Assembly (NCBI GenBank): GCA_963790795.1
Contig: CAWBPO010000001.1
Coordinates: forward strand, 332,073-396,072
Origin: an uncultured bacterium
GTDB lineage: Bacteria > Patescibacteriota > Minisyncoccia > Minisyncoccales > RBG-13-42-11
Length of the DNA stretch: 64,000 bases
Reading direction: 5' to 3'
Below the pieces are notes generated by a model, which saw nothing but the letters and a program-made list of their open reading frames with translations, ran no database searches and was not told the DNA's origin. The position numbers and the translations under genes were made by a program. Shown here piece by piece: positions 28,065 to 38,564 of this stretch; within the stretch, counting starts at the first letter, position 1, and each line of letters starts with the position of its first letter.

Positions 28065-29408
28065 ATGGCTAAAAAACATAAAAAAATATCAAAGAAAATT
28101 GCTGCCAAGCCCGCAAAGCCCGAGAAAACGGACAAAGAAGAACAGATAAAAAGAACCAAAATCAGGGTTATCGGCATCGGCGGAGGAGGAGGCAACATCG
28201 TCTCTGAAATTTCTTCAAAAATATCAAAAGCCAATTTTGTCGTTGCCAATACCGACACAAAATCTTTAAAAGGCTGCAGCAGGAAAGTGGGGAAGTTCCA
28301 ATTCGGCCAGAGCTTGACTCACGGTTTGGGAACCGGCATGAATGCCGAATTGGGAAAAGAAGCAGCTTTAAGCGAAAAGGAAAGAATCAAGAAGCTTTTG
28401 GAAGACTATGATTTGTGCATTTTGGTTGCTTCTTTGGGCGGTGGAACCGGCTCTGGAGCTGTTTCAACCTTTGCCAGGATTTCCAAGAACTTAGGCAACC
28501 TTACTTTCGGAATATTCACTTTGCCTTTCAAATTCGAGGGGGAAAAGAAAATGGAAATCGCCATAAATTCTTTGAAAGAAGTGAAGAATCATTTGAATGC
28601 CGTTGCTATCATTCCCAATGAAAAAGTTTTCCAAATCATCAACAAAGACACTCCTTTAAAAGAAGCTTTATCCGTTATCAATAAGTTTTTGTCTGAAAGT
28701 TTGGGAGGGTTGATTGAAACGATTTACGATCCGGGATTGATAAACATTGATTTTGCCGATTTCAGGACAATTATGGAGGGCAGGGGAAAGCTGGCTTATT
28801 TGAATACAGTGGAAGTCCAGAGAAAAGAAGGCGCAATCAAGGACATTGCTATCAGGGTGCTCAATTCTCCTTTGTATCCTTACACCATTCGGGGAGCCAA
28901 AGGAGTTTTATTTAACATTGCCGGCGAAAGGAATCTTTCTCTTTCCGACGTCAACCAAATATCAAGGGCGATTTCCGAACTGGTCAATCCGGAAGCCAAG
29001 ATCATTTTCGGCATCGCCCAGAACAAGAAGTATTCCAACGTCATAAAAACAATTCTTTTTGCTACGGGCTGCGGCATGAAAATAGGCTCTTCCAAAAAGA
29101 GGAAAGTCAGATCTTCAAAGCCGGTTAAGAGAAAGCCAAGAACAAAGCCGAAAGAAGAAAAGCAGAACGTTGCTCAGAAAAAGAAAAGAACTGTCCGCAA
29201 AAAGAAAATCAGAAAGAAAAGAAAGCAGGCAAAAACAGAATCATTAGAAACCCAGCAAGAAGAAGTTTCAAATACTGATAATGAAAAAGTGAGGAAAAAT
29301 GCTTTGCAGATAAGACAGGAAGCAGATGATCTTGAAAAAGAGATGGCTGAAAAGGAAAAGGTTTGGGAAGTTCCTGCCTTTTTAAGGAGGAAAACGGAAA
29401 AAGGATAA
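28065..29408 (+). CDS. ftsZ: Cell division protein FtsZ with a long basic linker
   Basis: IRVIGIGGGGGNIV, GLGTGMNAELG, SLGGGTGSGAV and the C-terminal peptide VPAFLRRK. Confidence 0.95.
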   Translation: MAKKHKKISKKIAAKPAKPEKTDKEEQIKRTKIRVIGIGGGGGNIVSEISSKISKANFVVANTDTKSLKGCSRKVGKFQFGQSLTHGLGTGMNAELGKEAALSEKERIKKLLEDYDLCILVASLGGGTGSGAVSTFARISKNLGNLTFGIFTLPFKFEGEKKMEIAINSLKEVKNHLNAVAIIPNEKVFQIINKDTPLKEALSVINKFLSESLGGLIETIYDPGLINIDFADFRTIMEGRGKLAYLNTVEVQRKEGAIKDIAIRVLNSPLYPYTIRGAKGVLFNIAGERNLSLSDVNQISRAISELVNPEAKIIFGIAQNKKYSNVIKTILFATGCGMKIGSSKKRKVRSSKPVKRKPRTKPKEEKQNVAQKKKRTVRKKKIRKKRKQAKTESLETQQEEVSNTDNEKVRKNALQIRQEADDLEKEMAEKEKVWEVPAFLRRKTEKG

Positions 29409-29423
29409 TTAACTACATATATT

Positions 29424-30374
29424 ATGCTCTACGACGTCATAATAATTGGCGGCGGACCGGCCGGCGTTGCAGCCAGCATATAGTTTTCCCGGCAGAGGTT
29501 AAGCGCGCTTTTGATAACCAAGAGCTTTGGCGGGCAGATGGCCAGGAAAGCGGTAGCTGTATATTGAGAATTATCCCGGATTCGAGGAAATATCCGGGCT
29601 TGGATCTGATTAAAAAATTTGAAAAGCATTTGAAGAAATTCACTGCCCAGCAGTCTGGCAAAGGGCTTAAGGAAAATTGAACTTGATTCGGTTGTGAAAA
29701 TTAAAAAAACAGGGAAGACTTTTTCTGTTTTAACAGGAAGGAAAAAAGAATTCAAAAGCAAGACAGTTATCATTGCTTCCGGAGCTGACCCCCGTCCTTT
29801 AGAAGTGCCCGGAGAAAAGAAATTCATCGGCAAAGGGGTTTCTTACTGTACGGCCTGCGACGCTCCTTTGTACGCCGGCAAAAGCGTGGCAGTTGCCGGA
29901 GGAGGGAATTCCGGGTTTGAGGCAGCTCTGTTTCTGGCCAGCTGGGCCAGAAAGTATATATCCTGGAGCATTCTTCCAAGGTCATGGCTGATGAAGCAAT
30001 ACAGCAAAAAGCCAAGAAAACAGGCAAGATCAAGGTAATAACTTCAGCTGTTTTGAAAAGAATCGAAGGAAATAACTTTGTCGGATCCGTTATTTACCAG
30101 GATAATGAAACAGAAAAAGACGGCTTCCCTGAAAGTAGGAGGCATTTTCGTTTGAATGCAGGTCACACCTGCCACTTCTTTTGTCAAAGGCTTGGTGGAT
30201 TTCAACAAAAGGGACGAAATAGTCACTGACCCAAAAACAATGCAGACCAAGACCCAAGGCTTGTTTGCGGCAGGCGATGTCAGCAGCGTTGTTTTCAAGC
30301 AGATTGTTGTGGCTGCCGGCGAAGGCACCAAAGCGCTTCTGGCTGTTTCAAATTATCTTCAAAAAAATGGCTGA
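29424..30374 (+). pseudogene. trxB: Thioredoxin reductase, heavily frame-disrupted as assembled
   Basis: MLYDVIIIGGGPAGVAASI then TAG (29481-29483) where the conserved Tyr is expected. Pieces SALLITKSFGGQMARKAVAV / IENYPGFEEISG / [14 protein letters not shown] / [66 protein letters not shown] / [19 protein letters not shown] / AGHT / PATSFVKGLVDFNKRDEIVTD..GLFAAGDV lie in alternating frames, giving at least six shifts. Confidence 0.75.
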
Positions 30375-31556
30375 AATTAAAGGAATTAAAGCCGGGAAAA
30401 TTCTGGATTCAAAAGGAAATCCGACAGTAACTGCACAAGTTATTACTGGCTCTGGCAGGTTTACAGCTTCAGTGCCTGAGGGCACTTCAAAAGGCAGGTT
30501 TGAAGCGAAAACCAGGGATGTAAAAACGGCTATTAAAAGCATTAACGGAGCCATATGTAGAAAAATTGTTGGAAGAGATGCAACTTCTCAAAAGCAGATA
30601 GACGGATGGCTGGCCAGGAATAAGTCTTGTTTCGGAGCCAATGCCACTTTAGCTGTTTCCATTGCTGTTTTAAGGGCTGGAGCCAAAAGCAAAAGATTGC
30701 CTCTCTGGAAATGGATTTTCTGTAATTGCCGGCGTAAGACCGAAAAGTTCCTTACCCTTCAGTTTTGCAGATTGAGGGCGGACTTCACGCCAAAAACAAG
30801 CTGAATATCCAGGAATTCATGGCTGGTTTTTCCAAAAACTCTTTTAAGGAAAGTTTTTTTAAAAGCAAAAAAGTTTATAATATTCTAAGGAAAAATTTAG
30901 TTAAAAAATACGGCAGATCGGCTGTGATTTTGGGCTTAGAAGGCGCTTTTGTCGCTTCCGTCAAAAAAACAGAAGAAGCAATTGACAGAATAATCGAATC
31001 TGGCAAAGAAGCCGGTTTTAAAAACAAAACAAAAATCATTTTGGACGCAGCTGCATCTTCATTTTTTAAAAAAGGAAAATATTTCTTTGAGGGGAAAAAA
31101 AGGAGCAAGAAAGAACTGCTTGATTTTTATACCGATCTTCTCAAAAAATATCCTGAAATAATCGGCATAGAAGATCCTTTTTCCGAAGAAGACTGGCAAG
31201 GATGGAGACTGATGCGTTTGAAATTCAAAAAGCTGTTGATTATCGGAGACGATTTGACCGTCACCAATCCTGAAAGAATTAAACTGGCCAGAAAGAGGAA
31301 TGCTTGCAATGCCGTGATTGTAAAGCCAAACCAGATAGGCACGGTTTCAGAAGCGATTAAAGCCGCCAAGCTGGCAAAATCATACGGCTGGAAAACAATC
31401 GTTTCCCACCGTTCCGGAGAAACCATGGATAATTTTATCGCTGATCTGGCTGTCGGTATCGGCGCTGATTTCATTAAATCCGGCGCTCCGAGCAAGCCGG
31501 AAAGAGCGGCAAAATACAACAGATTATTAGCAATCGAAAAAGAAATTCATGGCTAA
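30367..31556 (+). pseudogene. eno: Enolase, two frame breaks within ~30715-30765 as assembled
   Basis: MAEIKGIKAGKILDSKGNPTVTAQV...ANATLAVSIAVLRAGAKSKRLPLWKW, then ISVIAGV in a second frame, then VPYPSVLQIEGGLHAKNKLNIQEFM...SHRSGETMDNFIADLAV in a third. Confidence 0.85.
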
Positions 31557-32124
31557 ATTACTTTTATTAAGGCATCTTCAGTCCCAATGGAACAAAGAGA
31601 ACCGCTTTACCGGCTGGACCGACATTCCTTTGAGCGAGGAGGGAATTGAGAGCGCAAAAGAGGTGGCCGGGAAATTGGCCGGTTTCCAGATCGACCAAGT
31701 TTACACATCGCCCTTAACCAGAAACAGGGAAACGGTTTCTTTGATTTTGGAAAATCTCGGCAAAAAAGATTTGCCAATTATCATTGATAAAGCTTTGGAT
31801 GAAAGAAATTACGGAAGGCTGCAAGGATTAAACAAAGCTGAAGTCAAAAAGCAGTACGGCGAAGAGCAAGTCAGGTTGTGGAGGAGGGGGTGGAATGACG
31901 CGCCGCCGGAAGGAGAAAGCTTAAAAGACGTCTACAACAGGGTGGTGCCGTTTTACGAAGAACATATTGAAAAAGATTTGAAAGCAGGGAAAAACGTTTT
32001 GGTGGTGGCCAGCCATAACAGCCTGAGAGCTTTGGTAAAGCATATTGAGAATATTCCTGACGAACAGATTATCAATCTTGAGATACCGACAGGCAGTCTG
32101 AAAGAATATGATATAGTTGTTTGA
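31549..32124 (+). CDS. gpmA: Histidine-phosphatase family phosphoglycerate mutase (dPGM-like, short form)
   Basis: LLLLRHLQSQWNKENRFTGWTDIPLSEEG (RHG-type motif) and ...VVASHNSLRAL. Confidence 0.75.
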   Translation: MAKLLLLRHLQSQWNKENRFTGWTDIPLSEEGIESAKEVAGKLAGFQIDQVYTSPLTRNRETVSLILENLGKKDLPIIIDKALDERNYGRLQGLNKAEVKKQYGEEQVRLWRRGWNDAPPEGESLKDVYNRVVPFYEEHIEKDLKAGKNVLVVASHNSLRALVKHIENIPDEQIINLEIPTGSLKEYDIVV

Positions 32125-32178
32125 CACTGGTTCTGGGCAGAGATATAATAAAACCGACTAAATTTGTCGGCTTTTATA

Positions 32179-32581
32179 ATGTTAAAAATATCAACCAAAT
32201 CCCAATACGGACTGAGAGCCATGGTTTATCTGGCAAAATGCAAGAGAGCTGTTTGTCCTTTAAAGTCCATTTCAAAAGAAGAAAGGATTTCTTTCGATTA
32301 TCTGGAAAAAATACTTTCAAAATTGGAAAAAGCAGTTTTGGTAGAAGGCGAAAAAAGGCGTTCAGGGAGGATATTTTTTAGCCAAAAAACCTTCAAAGAT
32401 AAGAATCAGCGAAATAATCTGCGCTTTAGAAGGAAACAGAGGTTTGGTCAGATGCACGGCAAAAGGCAGGCGCTGCCCCATGGAGAAAAAGTGCCTGGCC
32501 AAGAGCTTCTGGCTGAAAATCCAAAAAACCTTGGATTCTGCTCTAAATTCAATAACTTTGGCTGATTTAGTAAAAAAATGA
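32179..32581 (+). pseudogene. Rrf2/IscR-family transcriptional regulator, +1 break in an A6 run (32351-32356)
   Basis: MLKISTKSQYGLRAMVYLAK...LEKAVLVEGEK, then in the next frame KGVQGGYFLAKKPSKIRISEIICALEGNRGLVRCTAKGRRCPMEKKCLAKSFW...LADLVKK. The stop at 32579-32581 overlaps the sufC ATG. Confidence 0.7.
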
Positions 32582-33227
32582 GCAGTTTGTTAAAGATTAA
32601 AAACCTATACGTTCAGGGAAACGGCAGGGAAATACTGAAAGGTTTGGATCTGGAGATTAAGAAGGGCCAGATTCAGGCGCTTTTAGGTCCCAATGCTTCC
32701 GGTAAAAGCACCTTAGCCCAGGTGATTTTGGGCAATTCAAAATACAAAGTGACCAAGGGGAGTATTTTATTTAATGGAAAAGAAATTAAGAAGCTTTCTC
32801 CGGAAAAAAGAGTTAAATTGGGTCTGGCTTTGTCCTGGCAGACGCCGCCGTGATAAAAGGAGTAAAACTTGCCCGGCTTTTAGAAAAGATTTCAACAAAT
32901 CAAAACAAGTTGCCGGAGATTGAGAATTTACTGTCCAGAGAAGTGAATCTCGATTTTTCAGGCGGAGAGAAAAAAATGGCAGAACTGGCTCAAATTTTGG
33001 CTCTTAGTCCAAAACTTGTCATTTTTGACGAGATTGATTCGGGATTGGATTTGAAAAAGACAGAAACAGTGTCAAAACTAATTAAAAAATCATTGCTGGA
33101 TAAAAAAGTATCAGTCTTACTGATTACTCATTCCGGGACGATTTTGAATTTCTTGAAGCCCGACATTACCAATGTTATGGCCAAGGCAGAATTATCTGTC
33201 GAGGAAAAGATTTCAGGAAAATTTTGA
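32578..33227 (+). pseudogene. sufC: Fe-S cluster assembly ATPase SufC, -1 break at 32848-32852
   Basis: LLKIKNLYVQGNGREILKGLDLEIKKGQIQALLGPNASGKSTLAQVI...LSWQTPP / VIKGVKL...FSGGEKKMAELAQIL..VIFDEIDSGLD. Followed by a SufB/D gene. Confidence 0.8.
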
Positions 33228-33248
33228 GAACGATTAAAAAATACGGCT

Positions 33249-34157
33249 ATGAAAAGTGCAAAAAATGTAAACTATCTACAAATTGACCATAAGGTAAAGA
33301 GTATTTTTTCATTGGAAGGAGTGACGGTTTTGCCGAGCCCCCAGGCTTGGCTGAAGTTTAAGTGGACAAGGCCTTATTTCGTTAAAAAGCCGAAAGAAGG
33401 ATATTTTGTCTGGGTTAAAAAGCAAGTGGATTCTCCCTTAACCACCTGCCTGACCATTGCTTCACCTAAAGTTTCCCAGAATTTGACCAATCTTATGGTC
33501 ATTGAAAAAAACATAAAAGCTAAAGCCAATATTCTCTGTAATGCGGCAAAAAACAATTTGTACGGCAGTCACATTGCCAGAGGCAAAGTCATTCTTAAAG
33601 ACGGAGCCAGCCTGGAATACAATCATATTCACAAGTGGGGGGAAAACGATTTTGTCAACCCTGATTACGAATTCATTCTTGGAAAAGATTGCCGGCTGAT
33701 TTATAATTACGAGAACTTGTTCCCGCCCAAAAATATTTGTTTGGCAGCGACGATTCATGCTGGCAAGAACGCTTCTGCCAATTTGAATTTCGTTTTGCAG
33801 GGAAAAGGCAGCTCCAAAATAAAGGTAAAAGACGCTTTGCTTCTTGAAGGAGAAAATTCCCAGGGGATCGTTAAATTAAGGCTGGTTGGCAAAGAAAGAA
33901 GCGAGATTACGGCTAAAAGTTCTATTCTTGCCAAAGCTGCTGTCATCGGGCATTTGGACTGCCAGGGATTGCTAGTGGACAAGGGAGCCAAGATTTCTTT
34001 GATGCCTGAACTAATCTGCCATGATAAAAAAGCCCGGCTTACTCATGAAGCTTCCATAGGCAGGATTTCAGAAGAGGAATTGAATTATTTAAGGATGAGA
34101 GGATTGAATGAAAAAGAAGCAGTGGATTTAATTGTCAGCGGATTTTTAAAACAATGA
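33249..34157 (+). CDS. SufB/SufD-family Fe-S cluster assembly protein
   Basis: 302 aa. The C-terminal region ...HLDCQGLLVDKGAKISLMPELICHDKKARLTHEASIGRISEEELNYLRMRGLNEKEAVDLIVSGFL is typical of the SufBD domain. Confidence 0.75.
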   Translation: MKSAKNVNYLQIDHKVKSIFSLEGVTVLPSPQAWLKFKWTRPYFVKKPKEGYFVWVKKQVDSPLTTCLTIASPKVSQNLTNLMVIEKNIKAKANILCNAAKNNLYGSHIARGKVILKDGASLEYNHIHKWGENDFVNPDYEFILGKDCRLIYNYENLFPPKNICLAATIHAGKNASANLNFVLQGKGSSKIKVKDALLLEGENSQGIVKLRLVGKERSEITAKSSILAKAAVIGHLDCQGLLVDKGAKISLMPELICHDKKARLTHEASIGRISEEELNYLRMRGLNEKEAVDLIVSGFLKQ

Positions 34158-35191
34158 AAAAAGCAATTATCGCGCTTTCAGGAGGAATAGATTCTTCAGT
34201 GCCGTAGCCCCTTTTAAAAAAAGACAATTTTGATGTTATTGGAGTTTTTATGAAATTAGCTGATTTGCCGAATTTTCGCGATTCAGAAAAAAGAGTCAGA
34301 AGAATTGCTAAAGTTTTAAAAATACCATTTCTGGTTTTGGACTTGAGAAAAGAGTTTAAAAAAAGAATTATTGATTGTTTTTTAAAAGAAAATAAGAAAG
34401 GATTAACTCCAAATCCCTGCATTGTCTGCAATAAAGAGATTAAATTCGGCTTATTTTTGGACAAAGCCGTAAAATTGAAAGCCGACCATATTGCTACCGG
34501 CCATTTCGCCAGAATTGTTGAGGATCGACCTCAACAATCTTATAAGCTGTGTAGGGGCAAGGATAAGGAAAAAGACCAGAGCTACTTTTTGTGGCGGTTA
34601 AACCAAAAGCAGCTGAAAAAAGTTTTGCTGCCGATTGGAAATTATACTAAGAGAGAAGTTGAGAGCTTGGCGAGAAAATTCAAATTGTCATTTTTGGTTA
34701 AGATTACAAAATCTCAGGAGATTTGCTTTATTGAGGGCAAACTTGAATCGTTTTTGAAAAAGCGATTGGGAATTAAGCCTGGCAAGATTGTTGACTTGCA
34801 GGGAAAAGTATTGGGCAGACACCAGGGATTATGGTTTTATACTGTCGGACAGAGAAAGGGGATTGGATTTTCCGGCGGCCCGTATTATGTTTTGGGAAAA
34901 GATTTGAGAAAGAATTTTTTAATTGTTGATAAAAATGAAAAAAACCTGTATAAAGAAGAATTGGCTGTCAGAAACGCAAATTGGATTTCCGGAAACAAAC
35001 CGAAATTCCCTTTGAAAGTAACGGCAAAAATACGTTACCGCCACAAAGCGGTTCTGGCAATTGTTATCAAGGGCGCGAATCCCGGAACTCTCCGCCTGAA
35101 ATTTAAGAAGCCGCAGAGGGCAGTTACCCCTGGCCAGTCAGCGGTTTTTTACAAGGGCAGGGAGCTTTTAGGAGGAGGTGTAATTTATTAA
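34154..35191 (+). pseudogene. mnmA: tRNA 2-thiouridylase MnmA, in-frame TAG at codon 18 as assembled
   Basis: MKKAIIALSGGIDSSVP*PLLKKDNFDVIGVFMKL (PP-loop SGGxDS). Later CIVCNKEIKFG and the rest of MnmA are intact. Confidence 0.85.
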
Positions 35192-35192
35192 A

Positions 35193-35945
35193 ATGGATGT
35201 TTTATCTTACATTTTAATCAGTACATTTTTAGTAAGCCTAATTGCTTTTGAAGGATTCGTATTTTTATTTTTGAAAGAAGAGTTTTTGGACAAGATTCTT
35301 TTAATTCTGGTTTCTTTCGCGGCCGGCGCTCTGATCGGCGGCGCTTTCCTGCATTTGATGCCTGAAGCAATTAGAAAAGTCGGTTTTGAAGAAGGTTCCC
35401 TTTTAAAAGTATTTTTTTATTTGATTTTCGGCTTTTGCGCTTTTTTTATTCTGGAAAACTTCATCAAATGGCATCACCACCATGCGAGAAATCATCCTGA
35501 AATCAAGTCTTTTTCATATTTGATTTTGATTTCAGACGGCGTTCATAATTTTATTGACGGTTTGGTCATAGCCGGGGCGTTCGTCGTATCTGTTCCTTTG
35601 GGTTTTACCACTTTTTTAGCGATTGTTCTCCATGAAATTCCGCAGGAGATCGGCGATTTCGGGATTTTGGTTTACAGCGGATTTAAAAGAATTAAGGCGC
35701 TTCTTTTAAACTATTTATCGGCTGTAAGCGTAATCTTTGGCGGGCTCGTCGGATTTTTATTATCGGAAAAAATGGGAGGTTCCATTATTTTTCTTTTGCC
35801 TTTTGCCGCCGGTTCTTTTATTTACATAGCCTGTTCCGATTTGATTCCCGAAATAAAGTACAAAGTCAGTCCGCGAAAATCATTTATTCATTTTTTTGTA
35901 TTTTTGTTGGGAATAGGTATAATGTTTTTAATGAAATTACTCTGA
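35193..35945 (+). CDS. ZIP-family divalent metal (zinc) transporter
   Basis: Multi-TM protein with HNFIDGLVIAGAF and LHEIPQEIGDFGILV signatures and a His-rich loop (WHHHHARNH). Confidence 0.8.
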   Translation: MDVLSYILISTFLVSLIAFEGFVFLFLKEEFLDKILLILVSFAAGALIGGAFLHLMPEAIRKVGFEEGSLLKVFFYLIFGFCAFFILENFIKWHHHHARNHPEIKSFSYLILISDGVHNFIDGLVIAGAFVVSVPLGFTTFLAIVLHEIPQEIGDFGILVYSGFKRIKALLLNYLSAVSVIFGGLVGFLLSEKMGGSIIFLLPFAAGSFIYIACSDLIPEIKYKVSPRKSFIHFFVFLLGIGIMFLMKLL

Positions 35946-36577
35946 TGATTTTAACTGATGAAAATTTTGAAAAGGAAGTTTCTGAAGCGAAAAAGCCATT
36001 TTTGGTTGATTTTTGGATGGATGGCTGCGCTCCCTGCGTTTTGATATCTCCCATTCTGGAAAAGCTGGCTGATGAGTTTAAAGAAGAAATGATTTTTGCC
36101 AAAGTTGACCTTAATGCAGTTCCCTTGGCCGTCCAGAAATACGGGGTTAACGCAGCGCCGACAGTAATTCTTTTTAAGGAAGGGAAGCCAATTGGCGGAT
36201 TTGTCGGCTTAATGCCGGAAGAAACCATAAAAACTTGGCTCAAGGAAAATTTGTTCCAGCAGGACGAAAGAAATGAATCAAAAGGCGAAGAGGATAAATC
36301 CTCTTCTTCACCCTTCGCTGCGGCTCGGGTATATGAAGAATATGCCAGAAAGAACGGTTTTTTTCTTAATCCCAATAAAAAAGCAGTTGAGGCTATTGTT
36401 AAAAGTTTACTGGAAAAAGAGAAAAATCTTGGAGCCAGATACTGTCCCTGCAGGAGAGTGACCGAAAACCCAGAAGAAAACAAGAAGATCGTTTGTCCCT
36501 GTGCTTATCATTTGGAAGAGTTGGAAAGGGATGGCAAGTGCCTTTGTGGACTATTTGTAAAAAACATAATAAAATAA
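35945..36577 (+). CDS. Fusion protein: thioredoxin domain plus ferredoxin:thioredoxin reductase catalytic-subunit-like domain
   Basis: The N-terminal half has FLVDFWMDGCAPC...APTVILFKEGKP (Trx fold, CAPC). The C-terminal half has YCPCRRV..(16)..CPCAYH..(13)..CLCGLF, the CPC/CPC/CxC pattern of FTR catalytic chains. Confidence 0.65.
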   Translation: MILTDENFEKEVSEAKKPFLVDFWMDGCAPCVLISPILEKLADEFKEEMIFAKVDLNAVPLAVQKYGVNAAPTVILFKEGKPIGGFVGLMPEETIKTWLKENLFQQDERNESKGEEDKSSSSPFAAARVYEEYARKNGFFLNPNKKAVEAIVKSLLEKEKNLGARYCPCRRVTENPEENKKIVCPCAYHLEELERDGKCLCGLFVKNIIK

Positions 36578-36617
36578 ATATATAGGGTCGAAAGATTTTT
36601 GAAATAAATAAAATTAT

Positions 36618-37379
36618 ATGTTTGATTTAAAAAATAAAGTAGCCATTGTCACCGGAGCCAGGAGGGGAATGGGAAAATCCCATGCTTTGACACTGGCAAA
36701 AGCAGGCGCCAAAGTTTTAGTTTCCGACATTTCTCAGGAAGAGTGCCAGCTGGTTGTTGATGAAATTAAAAAAGCAGGAGGCGAGGCAATGGCAGCAAAA
36801 TGCGACGTTTCAAAAAAAGAAGAAGTCGAAAAAATGGTAAAAGCAGCTGTTGGTCAATGGGGAAAGCTGGACATTCTGGTTAATAATGCCGGTATATGCC
36901 AGTTCAAGCCCTTTTTGGATATAACTGAGGAAGAATGGGACAGAACAATTGATATAAACTTAAAAGGGTATTTCCTTTGTGCCCAGACAGCAGCCAAAGA
37001 AATGGCAAAGCAAAAATCAGGAGCAATTGTTAATGTCGCTTCAATTGCCATGGGCCAGGTAGGAGTCGGCTTTTCAACCTTAGCGCATTATTCTGCTTCA
37101 AAAGGAGGAATAGTCGCTATGACAGAAACAATGGCCATAGAATTGGGACCTCTTAACATCAGAGTCAATGCTATTGCTCCTGGCGTCATTGAAACACCGA
37201 TGATTGATCCTATAAAACAGGATGAAAAAGCAATGAAGGGCATACTGGCCAGATTGCCTCTTGGACGCGTAGGCAAAGCTGAAGAAGTGTCTAATCTGGT
37301 TTTGTTTTTGGCTTCTGATGCTTCCTCATATATGACAGGTTCCACAGTGGTAATTGACGGTGGCTGGTTGTCTGTATAA
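36618..37379 (+). CDS. Short-chain dehydrogenase/reductase (FabG-like)
   Basis: TGARRGMG, NNAG and YSASK motifs. 253 aa. Confidence 0.85.
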   Translation: MFDLKNKVAIVTGARRGMGKSHALTLAKAGAKVLVSDISQEECQLVVDEIKKAGGEAMAAKCDVSKKEEVEKMVKAAVGQWGKLDILVNNAGICQFKPFLDITEEEWDRTIDINLKGYFLCAQTAAKEMAKQKSGAIVNVASIAMGQVGVGFSTLAHYSASKGGIVAMTETMAIELGPLNIRVNAIAPGVIETPMIDPIKQDEKAMKGILARLPLGRVGKAEEVSNLVLFLASDASSYMTGSTVVIDGGWLSV

Positions 37380-37588
37380 TGTCTAAAATTACCGAACAAA
37401 CAACTTTGTCTGAAGTATTCACGAACCCCAAATCCAAGGAAGTTTTGGAAAAATACAATTTTCCTTGCTTGGGTTGTCCTTTTGCCCGGTATGAGGTAAA
37501 AAGCCTGAAAATCGGCGATGTTTGCAAAATGTACAATATTGACGTTAAAAAGCTGTTAAAAGAGTTAAACGGAGTTATTAATAAATAA
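37379..37588 (+). CDS. DUF1858-type small redox-disulfide protein
   Basis: 69 aa. TLSEVFTNPKSKEVLEKYNFPCLGCPFA resembles the hybrid-cluster-associated redox disulfide domain. Confidence 0.55.
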   Translation: MSKITEQTTLSEVFTNPKSKEVLEKYNFPCLGCPFARYEVKSLKIGDVCKMYNIDVKKLLKELNGVINK

Positions 37589-37609
37589 TATTTGTGATAT
37601 ATTAAATAT

Positions 37610-38560
37610 ATGGCAAAGAAAACAATAATAATTGTTTCAGTCGTTTTTCTAGCGGCCGTATCCGCTGCTTCAGCCGGCGTTTATATGGGTTACGGGACGA
37701 TAAACCAGCTGCTGGGCAAAGAGATGCCAGCTGACATTGTCGCTGAAAACACTGTCAAATACATTAACGAAAACCTCTTAACCGAAGGCAATACTGCTTC
37801 CCTGGTTTCCGTTTCAGAAGAGAGAGGTGTTTACAAGATTGCCATGAAAATCGGAGAGCAGGAATACGAGTCTTACGTCACCAAAGACGGAGTGTTTCTT
37901 TTTCCCGAAGGATACAGGATAGAAGAGGAAGTTTCGGCAAAAAGCGACAGGCCCGACGTCAAGCTTTTCGTTATGAGCTACTGCCCTTACGGCTTGCAGG
38001 CCGAGAAAATGTTTTTACCTGTTTACGAGCTGCTTAAGGATAAAGCTGACATGGGAATTTATTTCGTCAACTACATAATGCACGACAAACAGGAAATTGA
38101 TGAAAACTTGAACCAATACTGCATTCAAAAAGAAGATAAAGAAAAATACTACGGACAATATCTTAATTGTTTTGTTCTGTCAGGAGATGCAGCTGCATGT
38201 TTGTCTGAAGCTGGAATAGATGCAGAAAAGATTGACAAATGCGTTTCAGAAACAGATGAAGCTTTCAAAGTAACTGAGCTTTACAATGATGAAAGCACAT
38301 GGCTTAGCGGCCAATACCCAAAATTTGATGTTCAGGCCGACCTTAATGAAAAATACAAGATTCAAGGTTCTCCGACAGTGGTGATAAACGATCAGGTTAT
38401 AGACATTAAAACAAGGTCGCCAGAAGCTTTTAAACTGGCTATTTGCCAGACTTTCAATTCTCAGCCCGAAGAATGTTCACAAACCCTTTCTAATGATGTT
38501 TCTTCACCTGGATTTGGCGGCGGAACAGGCGTTTCCAGCGGCGGCGGCTGTAGCGAGTAG
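37610..38560 (+). CDS. Membrane-anchored thioredoxin-fold (DsbA-like) protein
   Basis: N-terminal anchor, FVMSYCPYGLQ (a CxxG/C-type motif in a thioredoxin-fold context), ...GSPTVVIND, and a Gly-rich tail. Confidence 0.5.
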   Translation: MAKKTIIIVSVVFLAAVSAASAGVYMGYGTINQLLGKEMPADIVAENTVKYINENLLTEGNTASLVSVSEERGVYKIAMKIGEQEYESYVTKDGVFLFPEGYRIEEEVSAKSDRPDVKLFVMSYCPYGLQAEKMFLPVYELLKDKADMGIYFVNYIMHDKQEIDENLNQYCIQKEDKEKYYGQYLNCFVLSGDAAACLSEAGIDAEKIDKCVSETDEAFKVTELYNDESTWLSGQYPKFDVQADLNEKYKIQGSPTVVINDQVIDIKTRSPEAFKLAICQTFNSQPEECSQTLSNDVSSPGFGGGTGVSSGGGCSE

Positions 38561-38564
38561 GTCT

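Noticed and set aside
34205-34207. In-frame TAG in mnmA (and TAG at 29481-29483 in trxB) as evidence for stop-codon reassignment
   Set aside because: The mnmA TAG vanishes with a compensating +1/-1 indel pair that restores the conserved DSSVAVALLKK. The trxB TAG sits in a gene with at least six other lesions. TAG also terminates normal genes here (for example 15614-18808), so local sequence corruption is the simpler explanation.
35884-36483. 199-aa minus-strand ORF
   Set aside because: It is antisense to the well-supported Trx-FTR fusion gene. The sequence is low-complexity and Ser/Leu/Phe-rich, with no motif.
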